Assembly: GCA_942493215.1 (NCBI GenBank)
Contig: OW818670.1
Span: forward strand, 1,350,077-1,414,076
Direction: 5' to 3'
Length of the DNA stretch: 64,000 nt
Source: an uncultured Bacillota bacterium
GTDB lineage: Bacteria > Bacillota_I > Bacilli_A > RF39 > UBA660
Shown: piece by piece, positions 1 through 7,760 of the stretch
Layout of the letters: each line of letters begins with the position of its first letter
Position numbering within the stretch: position 1 is the stretch's first letter
Notes under the pieces: generated by a model
What the model saw: the letters and a program-made list of their open reading frames with translations, nothing else
Told to the model about the DNA's origin: nothing
Database searches by the model: none
Translations under genes and position numbers: made by a program

Positions 1-689
1 TTAAAAGATATGGGTGGTGTAGTCGTAAAATCTTTTAATTCTGAAACCATAATACCAATATATAGCTCTTTTTCATACTCAATTATGGTAGCCGATTTAG
101 TCATCTCTTTACCATTACGTTTAATTTTAAATGTTACCTCTGTTCCAACCAAATATTTATCTTTTTCGTTATTTAGCTCATCTCTGGTATTAACATTAAC
201 CTCATTAATTGATAAGATTTGGTCACCTACTTTTAAATCGGTTTTTGCTGTTTCATCAATATATGTAACCAATAACTGATAAGAATTAATAGTAATATTC
301 TTTTTAGCCTCTTGATAAGCTAGAATTGTCGCCGTTTGATATGCCTCTTTAAGCATAATCTTATCACGTAACTCCATATCCGCAATATCTTCATTATCAA
401 TAGTTATATCTTTAGCTGAATAAATATCCCAATTTTTATCAAGAGCGGCATATATCAAAGTTGGTAATGTTGCTTGCATTTCCGAAACATAGGTAAGATT
501 TAAACTTCCCTTTAATTTATTAGTATTATTAACCCTAATGCGATCAGATAAATCGATTAAACCACCAGGAGCATCAATATAATATGGTAAACGAATATTA
601 ACAATCACTCCAAAAAAAATAAGAATTAAGAAAAATTTATAGTTATCTCTAATTATTGTTTTAACTCTATCATATAATTTAGAAAGCAT
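1..689 (-). CDS. ylbL: YlbL-family PDZ/Lon-protease-domain membrane protein (runs off the left edge; absent from ORF track)
   Basis: Manual minus-strand translation from ATG 689 (GGGAGG SD upstream): MLSKLYDRVKTIIRDNYKFFLILIFFGVIVNIRLPYYIDAPGGLIDLSDRI...LKVGDQILSIN (PDZ). Divergent from ylbJ, as in the Bacillus ylbJ-ylbL neighbourhood. Confidence 0.8.
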   Translation of the reverse strand, partial: MLSKLYDRVKTIIRDNYKFFLILIFFGVIVNIRLPYYIDAPGGLIDLSDRIRVNNTNKLKGSLNLTYVSEMQATLPTLIYAALDKNWDIYSAKDITIDNEDIADMELRDKIMLKEAYQTATILAYQEAKKNITINSYQLLVTYIDETAKTDLKVGDQILSINEVNVNTRDELNNEKDKYLVGTEVTFKIKRNGKEMTKSATIIEYEKELYIGIMVSELKDFTTTPPISF

Positions 690-735
690 ATCCATTCCTC
701 CCACTGATTTAATTTTATACTGACAAGGTGAAAAT

Positions 736-1716
736 ATGAAGAAAAAAGTAACAAGTATTATTATTATTTCTATTCAATTATTTATTGCATATCAAATTTT
801 AAAAGGAACTAGTACTATTATTGATAGTGTTAAGTTTTCTATTAGTATCTGGAGTAATAATCTATTTCCTACCCTATTTCCCTTTTTTGTTTTGTCAGAA
901 GTAATGATTAATTATGGTATTGTTGAATTAGCAAGTGAATTATTTAAACCCATTATGAACAAATTATTTAAAATCAAAAGTGAAACAGCTTTTATTTTTA
1001 TTATGAGTATAATTTCTGGATTCCCTAGTAGCGCTAAATACACTAAAGAACTATATGATAGTGGATTAATAAATGAATATGAAGGAACAAAAATTTTAAC
1101 TTTTACTCATTTTTCTAATCCGTTATTTATTTTAGGAACATTATCTATTCTATTTTTAAATAATAAAGAAACTGGTCTTTTAATTCTATTATGTCATTAT
1201 CTAACAAATATAATCATTGGTCTACTATTTAGAAATTACTATCCATCGAAATCTGATAATAATAAAATTTCTTTTAAAGATGCGATTAATAAAATGCACC
1301 AACACCGTCTTAATAACCCCTTAAACTTTGGTCAAATAATAACCAAAGCCATTAGTAATACCATTAATACTCTTTTAATTATTCTTGGCACGATAACAAC
1401 CTTCTTAATTATAACAACAATAATAAATAATATCATTAATTTGAATAATTATCATCAAAGTGTCTTAAATGGAGTATTTGAAATGACGCAGGGATTAAAA
1501 TATATTAGTGTTTTGAGTATTCCCTTAAAATTAAAAGCTACTCTGTCGACTATGATTATATCTTTTGGTGGATTAAGTGTTCATATGCAGGTAATGAGTA
1601 TTATCAGTAACACAAAAATAAAATATATACCTTATTTAACCGCTAGGTTACTACATGCAGCGATTGCGTCTTTTCTTGTATATATTTTATTTGACTATTG
1701 GATTATGATTTATTAA
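736..1716 (+). CDS. ylbJ: Sporulation integral membrane protein YlbJ
   Basis: 326 aa multi-TM protein with PTLFPFFVLS, SGFPSSAKY, HFSNPLFI, FEMTQG and SFGGLSVHMQ motifs; next to ylbL. Confidence 0.85.
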   Translation: MKKKVTSIIIISIQLFIAYQILKGTSTIIDSVKFSISIWSNNLFPTLFPFFVLSEVMINYGIVELASELFKPIMNKLFKIKSETAFIFIMSIISGFPSSAKYTKELYDSGLINEYEGTKILTFTHFSNPLFILGTLSILFLNNKETGLLILLCHYLTNIIIGLLFRNYYPSKSDNNKISFKDAINKMHQHRLNNPLNFGQIITKAISNTINTLLIILGTITTFLIITTIINNIINLNNYHQSVLNGVFEMTQGLKYISVLSIPLKLKATLSTMIISFGGLSVHMQVMSIISNTKIKYIPYLTARLLHAAIASFLVYILFDYWIMIY

Positions 1717-3782
1717 CCACTGGTATAAGCATTATAATGCTTGCCAAGAGAGGTTTCAGCAGCTGTACTACTAATAATGGATATCCAATCATTATTATTT
1801 AATGAAACAGATAATGTATGATCATTATAAGTTCTGCCATCATTATAATAATGCCATATAGCCACTTCATCTAAATTATAAACTTTCCCTAAATCAACTG
1901 TAACACATTGTAACCCCGTATATGAAGCTTGTGCATATATCGTTGATGTAATATCACCATCCGTAATATTTCCATAAGGTCGGCTTTCTGCTTCAGTAGA
2001 AGTACCAGTTACTGTCTTACCATAAGCAACATTAGTACCATTAATAATAGCTTGCAATTCAACCCATTGGTTAGAAGTAGCTTTTGAAGAACCATTAATA
2101 CAATCCTTTATATATCTTACACCATTAAGATTACTATTTTGCTTATATAAATTTTTACCAATGTAATTAATAATAGCCTTTCCACTGCCATCACTTACAC
2201 CAGCCTGCATTTGTCCATTAAGAAAATAATTATTAGAATAATGTTTAGTATTATTAGAATGTGTTATTGAAGTAGCGTTAGTAATAGCATTCACACCGGC
2301 ATACCCCGATATAAAGGATGAACCGCCGCCGCCACCAATTATAAAACAATCTCCATTGGCTGTTTTTGTGCCACCTACACCACCATAATATCCACCGCCA
2401 CCACCATTATTACCACCGCAATATGAAATAGAAGCATCACCACCAGGACCACCTATGCCAAAGTTATAACCAGCTAGCTGTGTCCCACCTATCCCACCAT
2501 TAGTTGGATAAAGACTATTAGTACTTCCCTTTAAACCAAGTAATCCTCCGGCTTCACCATTACCGTTAGGTGTGTCATTAATAGAATTGGCTCCGCCACC
2601 ACCAGCCACCATAATACGGCTTTTTAAAGATGCTGCATCATTCCAATTACCATTCACTAAACGAATATCCGTAGCTCCGCCACCAGAACTGCCAAAATAA
2701 TAATAGTAAGTTATGGTTTCTGGAGTATATGGCCCACCTGCAGCGCCACCCATACCACCACCATTGAATGTAGCTAAAGCTAAATTCGATGTTTCAGATG
2801 TAGACTTTAAATTACCAGTAATACCAAGTTGACCAACATATACATATATTGAAGTACCCTCTGTTAAGTAAACATTACCTGAAGTATACCCACCGTTGCC
2901 ACCAGAATCCGCATCTCCACCACCTTTAGCACCCCATAATTCCACTTTATAATATCCGTCAATAGGAGCAGTAAAAGTTTGCACATCACCTGTATAGTTG
3001 TAAGTATAAGTTCCCACTACGGTAACCTTACGAGTCATAGTCGCAACTGTTTCGCTACCTTCAACAATAGTATATGTAATATTGTAGCTTTGCCCTAAAA
3101 CATCAGTCGGTGTACTAGTAACTGTTACTGATGAATCGTTATAAACAACACTACCGTTAGCATAATAAACAAAATAACCAGGATCTACATAACTACTTCC
3201 TTGTGACTTTGTATCATCAACAGAACCATTAAGATATATAGCTTTTGTACCATCTGTTTGTTCGTTAGAATTAATTCCCGCAATCGAAGAAGTTCTACTA
3301 TCATATTGATAAACAATATTAACACCAAAATTTTTACCTTCAATATTAGCACTTGTTATGGGTATACCAATAGTAATAATGGAATCATTTCTACCTACTT
3401 TCACATCAGTTGCCGTAGTGCCTATCATTATAATGTCTCCAAAAGAACTATTAGTCACTAATTTAGTAGTATAATCACCCCATGTAAATAAATTATTAGT
3501 TTTATCAATTTGTAATTTACTAGTTGAACTATCATCAAAAACAAAGAATAAGCAATTATCACCACAAGTCATAGCAAGCTTAATTTTCTTTTGAAATAAT
3601 GTTGTATTAATTTTATTACTTATCATCGCTTGTTTATATAATAACTCCGTTTTATATCCAGAATTAATATATAAATCTTTTAAGGTAACAACTATCTCAA
3701 ATAAGAAAGCAAAAACAACCATTGCTAAGGCAAATGATGTTATCAGTTCAACAACTGTAAAACCCTTATTATTCTTTAACAT
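1713..3782 (-). CDS. Prepilin-type protein with DUF5011-like Ig domain, glycine-rich (ALK/LTK-like) domain and C-terminal discoidin/F5-8C-like domain
   Basis: Class III signal KG|FTVVE plus hydrophobic helix; IYLNGS...YVDPGY Ig; YTGDVQTF...VELWGAKGG...GGGGATDIR...GGGGSSFISG; VTVDLGKVYNLDEVAIWHYY.DGRTY. Start placed at ATG 3782 (AGGAG SD). Confidence 0.8.
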   Translation of the reverse strand: MLKNNKGFTVVELITSFALAMVVFAFLFEIVVTLKDLYINSGYKTELLYKQAMISNKINTTLFQKKIKLAMTCGDNCLFFVFDDSSTSKLQIDKTNNLFTWGDYTTKLVTNSSFGDIIMIGTTATDVKVGRNDSIITIGIPITSANIEGKNFGVNIVYQYDSRTSSIAGINSNEQTDGTKAIYLNGSVDDTKSQGSSYVDPGYFVYYANGSVVYNDSSVTVTSTPTDVLGQSYNITYTIVEGSETVATMTRKVTVVGTYTYNYTGDVQTFTAPIDGYYKVELWGAKGGGDADSGGNGGYTSGNVYLTEGTSIYVYVGQLGITGNLKSTSETSNLALATFNGGGMGGAAGGPYTPETITYYYYFGSSGGGATDIRLVNGNWNDAASLKSRIMVAGGGGANSINDTPNGNGEAGGLLGLKGSTNSLYPTNGGIGGTQLAGYNFGIGGPGGDASISYCGGNNGGGGGYYGGVGGTKTANGDCFIIGGGGGSSFISGYAGVNAITNATSITHSNNTKHYSNNYFLNGQMQAGVSDGSGKAIINYIGKNLYKQNSNLNGVRYIKDCINGSSKATSNQWVELQAIINGTNVAYGKTVTGTSTEAESRPYGNITDGDITSTIYAQASYTGLQCVTVDLGKVYNLDEVAIWHYYNDGRTYNDHTLSVSLNNNDWISIISSTAAETSLGKHYNAYTSG

Positions 3783-3827
3783 AGATATCAACTCCTAAAC
3801 ATTTGTTTTTTAAATATTTATAATTTT

Positions 3828-5528
3828 TTAGCTTCCTGATATAACAGTGCGAAATGAAACATTGCCAAGAGCTTGACCACTACCCATCGAGAAATCGTAT
3901 GCACCAGCAAATAAACCATCTGAATCGCTACCACCACGATGAAACCATGATGACGTGTTATATAAAAAGTATGAGGTATCATTATACCAATTTTTTGTTT
4001 CTTTTGTTGCATCACCAGTTATGGCTCGATTATAAGCGGCTGCATCAGCATATGTTGTTCCATAATTATATTTATTAATATATTTAGCATCTAAGGCATC
4101 TAATTGACTCTGCGTAAATCCAGATGAAGCAATACCAAGATTTGTATTTGATGCACTATTATATTGTGCACCCATAACATCCTCATTTCCTCCACCTGAC
4201 ATATCAAATATTCCAGTAATATTACCGGTTGTACTTTGAGGATATGATGTTACCTTGCCATATTCAATTTCACAAGATGATGTATTGTTTGCATTACTAA
4301 CACTTGCACCGCATCCAGTTTTAGGAGTACTATTGTTATTTAATCTTATTTCATCATTAATTCCGTATTTAGAACGTGATAAATAAGCAACTACACCCCA
4401 TTCCGTATTTTTAATCATTCTTGATTCATAATTAAGACCATAAGTCGATTTATCAGCATTATTGGTAATACTACCATCAGAATTCAATGTTCTATTTCCA
4501 AATTTTAAAGACGTCGAAAACTGGGTAACTACATTTTGATTTATTAAGCTGGAGATATTCGGTTTTATCGTTGGTGTTGCTGCACTACCTGTTGTTTCAA
4601 ACTTTCCGACCCAAAGACCATTTAATTCTTTATTATCAAAATTAAATGCTGGATGAATTATATAATTTGAAGTAGGAACCGTTTTTTCTTTAGAAATAAA
4701 ATTAACTTTTATTTCGACTGCTGTAGATGAAGTTATAGTTTCATATTCATATCTTGGAATCCACACAAAATATGCTAATATCTTATCTTCAGGTATAGCA
4801 TTGCCATTACTATAGTTACCTCTAACATCACTACTTACTAAGACCATATTAGCCCATTGTTTATTATTATAATCATACCATTTACTAAAGATATTGGCTT
4901 TTCTTACTACTCCATTATTATCAATAACTACTGGTACCATCCCGCTACTTAATACTGGATCGGCTCCATTTAATGAAGCATCAACATACAAATCAGCTGA
5001 ACCATTAACTTTTAATGTTGCATAAGTATTATCAGTAAATTCAACAATTAAACGATAGTTATTAGTATCACTATCTGTTTTTATGCCCAAAATATAGTTT
5101 TTCATTCCTTCAGAAAAACCACTTACAGGCGTATTATTAAGATAGGCTTTTAAATCACCTAAATCATCTTTAGTAAAAATAACTTTATTAATATTATCAG
5201 TACCACTATAATTATAAATATTTAATCCTGAAAATAAATTAGTACAATAATTTGTTTCTGTAAAGTAAGAATCAGGACACATTGTTAAATCAATATACGA
5301 ATTACCACCTAAATTAGCAACAATACTATCAAAACCATCACTTAATATGTAACGACGAATATTATTAGCTGCATATAAGGAATTTACGGTATTATATTTA
5401 AAAGACAGTTCATAGTTAGATCTGATTTTTTGAAATTGGGTAAACATAAATAGTAAAACACCAATTACAAAAACGGATACAACCAGTGTTTCTACTAACA
5501 TAAATCCCCGATTAAATATTTTTTTCAT
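3828..5528 (-). CDS. Prepilin-type protein with C-terminal FGE-sulfatase/C-type-lectin-fold domain
   Basis: Class III signal RG|FMLVE; WIPRY, WVGKFE, EWGVVAY, STTGNITGIFDMSGG, FHRGG and terminal SFR motifs. Confidence 0.75.
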   Translation of the reverse strand: MKKIFNRGFMLVETLVVSVFVIGVLLFMFTQFQKIRSNYELSFKYNTVNSLYAANNIRRYILSDGFDSIVANLGGNSYIDLTMCPDSYFTETNYCTNLFSGLNIYNYSGTDNINKVIFTKDDLGDLKAYLNNTPVSGFSEGMKNYILGIKTDSDTNNYRLIVEFTDNTYATLKVNGSADLYVDASLNGADPVLSSGMVPVVIDNNGVVRKANIFSKWYDYNNKQWANMVLVSSDVRGNYSNGNAIPEDKILAYFVWIPRYEYETITSSTAVEIKVNFISKEKTVPTSNYIIHPAFNFDNKELNGLWVGKFETTGSAATPTIKPNISSLINQNVVTQFSTSLKFGNRTLNSDGSITNNADKSTYGLNYESRMIKNTEWGVVAYLSRSKYGINDEIRLNNNSTPKTGCGASVSNANNTSSCEIEYGKVTSYPQSTTGNITGIFDMSGGGNEDVMGAQYNSASNTNLGIASSGFTQSQLDALDAKYINKYNYGTTYADAAAYNRAITGDATKETKNWYNDTSYFLYNTSSWFHRGGSDSDGLFAGAYDFSMGSGQALGNVSFRTVISGS

Positions 5529-5547
5529 AAAATTAACCCCTTTTATG

Positions 5548-5576
5548 TTGAATTTAGCTTAAATATATTATATAAT
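5548..5576 (+). promoter_or_regulatory. sigmaA-type promoter of pilB
   Basis: TTGAAT (5548-5553), 17 bp spacer, TATAAT (5571-5576); AAAAGGGG SD before ATG 5628. Confidence 0.65.
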
Positions 5577-5627
5577 AAATTTATGATAAATGCTAGTGCA
5601 TTTTAAAAGAATAAAAGGGGAATACTT

Positions 5628-6959
5628 ATGATAAGAAAATATGACTTCGATCGAATGCCTATAGTCGATATTGTTAATGCCATAATGGTAGATGCAGCAA
5701 AACGTGGAGCTAGTGATATTCACTTTGATCCACAAGATGAACTTTTAAAAGTAAGAATTCGTATAGATGGTGTATTAATGGATTATTCTGAAGTTCCTAA
5801 TATTTCGAAACGTAATCTTATCACTCGTATAAAAATTTTAGCTGGTATGAATATTACTGAATCACGTTTACCACAAGATGGAGCCATAAAACAAACTCTA
5901 GAAAACATTTCTATGGATATGCGTGTTTCCAGCTTGCCTACTAATCTAGGTGAAAAGATTGTTATTCGTATTCTTGACTACTCTATGAGTTTAAGTGGTC
6001 TAGAACATTTAGGATTTAGTGAAACAAATTACCATAAAGTATTAGAGATGATTAGTGCTCCTAACGGTATTATTTTAGTAACCGGTGCAACTGGTTCAGG
6101 TAAATCAACGACTGTATACTCTATTCTTCAAAGATTAAATCGTGAAGAAACAAATATTATAACGGTTGAGGATCCTATCGAAATGGAAATAGCTGGTGTT
6201 AACCAAGTTCAAATAAATACTGATATTGGTTTAACCTTTGCAACAACCTTACGTTCTATTTTACGTCAGGACCCTAATATCATTATGATCGGGGAAATTC
6301 GTGATAATGAAACAGCAAAAATTGCCGTTCGTGCTTCTATTACTGGACATTTAGTTTTATCAACACTACATACCAATGATACCTTAACATCTATTGAAAG
6401 ATTATTAGATATGGAAGTTGAACGTTACTTGCTTGCTAGTTCATTAACAGGTATAATATCACAAAAATTAGCTCGTCGGTTATGTACTAAATGTCGTTCA
6501 AAACGGCCTACTACTGATTATGAGAAAAATCTATTTCATTCTATTTTAAATAGAGATGTACCAGAGATATTCTCTAGTGTTGGTTGTGAAGAATGTGGCA
6601 ACGGTTATAAAGGTCGTATTGCAATTCATGAAGTACTATTAATTAATGATCAAATAAGAGAAGCAATCAGTAATAACGTTAATAAAGAAGTACTTAGAAA
6701 AATGGTTGAAAATACTGATTATGTTACCCTCCTCCAAGATGGATTAGAAAAAGTTATTAATGGTTCCACTACAGTTGAAGAAATTCTTAAATTAGTAATG
6801 CTTGAAAGCGAAGATGCGGAAATTGAAGCTGAAATGATGAAAGACCGTGAAAAGCTAGAAGAAGATAAAGATAAACCTTCAACATATATATTTAATGAGG
6901 AAAATAATAATCCTGTCGGGCAAAAACCAACTATTACTACTCCACCACTCAACGATTAA
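5628..6959 (+). CDS. pilB: Type IV pilus/T2SS assembly ATPase (PilB/GspE family), N-terminally short
   Basis: ASDIHFDP, RLPQDG, Walker A GATGSGKS, TVEDPIE, LRQDPNIIMIGEIRD, TGHLVLSTLH and two CxxC zinc motifs. Confidence 0.92.
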   Translation: MIRKYDFDRMPIVDIVNAIMVDAAKRGASDIHFDPQDELLKVRIRIDGVLMDYSEVPNISKRNLITRIKILAGMNITESRLPQDGAIKQTLENISMDMRVSSLPTNLGEKIVIRILDYSMSLSGLEHLGFSETNYHKVLEMISAPNGIILVTGATGSGKSTTVYSILQRLNREETNIITVEDPIEMEIAGVNQVQINTDIGLTFATTLRSILRQDPNIIMIGEIRDNETAKIAVRASITGHLVLSTLHTNDTLTSIERLLDMEVERYLLASSLTGIISQKLARRLCTKCRSKRPTTDYEKNLFHSILNRDVPEIFSSVGCEECGNGYKGRIAIHEVLLINDQIREAISNNVNKEVLRKMVENTDYVTLLQDGLEKVINGSTTVEEILKLVMLESEDAEIEAEMMKDREKLEEDKDKPSTYIFNEENNNPVGQKPTITTPPLND

Positions 6960-6991
6960 AAAAATAAGTTCAATAATGAACTTATTTTTTT
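6958..6991. terminator. Bidirectional intrinsic terminator between convergent pilB and pilD
   Basis: AAAAAATAAGTTCA-ATAA-TGAACTTATTTTTT perfect inverted repeat with A/T tracts on both sides. Confidence 0.85.
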
Positions 6992-7751
6992 ATGAAATAT
7001 AATTAATAATATCCATAAAATGGATCTGGGATAATAAAATTATTATACTAGCTATACCTAAGAAAGGTCCAAAAGGAATAATATGTTCCTTTTTTTTCAG
7101 CATAATGATAAATGCTATAGGTAACCCAATAATAGAAGCTAAAAAAATATTAATTATAGCTAATTGATAACCCAAAATCATTCCAATAATAAACATTAAT
7201 TTAATATCGCCACCACCCATTGATTCCTTCTTAAATAAAAAATCACCGGTTAGTTTGAGTAAATACATAATGATAAAAGCAACTGCCCCTTCTGCTAGCA
7301 TAAATAGGCCTGTTTTAATACCTTCGGATATAATAATCACTATCCATAATAATGACCCAAAAACAATTAATATTTCATCAGGTATAATAAGATATAGATA
7401 ATCACTAATAATTATTATAAGAATCATTGAAATAAATAATAGACTAATTAATAATTGCCATGAAAAGCCAAAAATTAAGTATGATAAAGCAAATAGGCAA
7501 CCAGTTGCACATTCAAATAAAGGATAAAAGCCTGATATTTTGGTATGACAATTACGACATTTCCCTTTTTGAAAAATAAAAGATAAAATAGGAATTAATT
7601 CCCATGGCGATAATTTATGATTACATTTTGGACAATGGGATGCGGGGCGGATTAACGATTCATGTTTAGGTAAACGATAACCCACCACATTATAAAATGA
7701 CCCAAAAACACAACCAAAGACAAAGAACACAACTATATAATATATTTCCAT
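6990..7751 (-). CDS. pilD: Prepilin peptidase/N-methyltransferase (PilD/ComC)
   Basis: GSFYNVVGYRLP, SHCPKC...GKCRNC zinc site, ISDYLY, MGGGDIKL, IPFGPFL. Confidence 0.93.
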   Translation of the reverse strand: MEIYYIVVFFVFGCVFGSFYNVVGYRLPKHESLIRPASHCPKCNHKLSPWELIPILSFIFQKGKCRNCHTKISGFYPLFECATGCLFALSYLIFGFSWQLLISLLFISMILIIIISDYLYLIIPDEILIVFGSLLWIVIIISEGIKTGLFMLAEGAVAFIIMYLLKLTGDFLFKKESMGGGDIKLMFIIGMILGYQLAIINIFLASIIGLPIAFIIMLKKKEHIIPFGPFLGIASIIILLSQIHFMDIINYIS

Positions 7752-7760
7752 ATAACACCT

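Noticed and set aside
10-279. Plus-strand 89-aa ORF in the track
   Set aside because: Antisense to the ylbL-like gene, which has recognisable motifs and an SD.
3828-3960. A complete DGR cassette in this window
   Set aside because: No second copy of the putative variable region and no reverse transcriptase or Avd gene found by eye; kept only as a possible remote target.
3258-4078. Short ORFs 3258-3461, 3818-4015 and 3854-4078
   Set aside because: Antisense or out-of-frame overlaps of the pilin genes with no motifs or SD.
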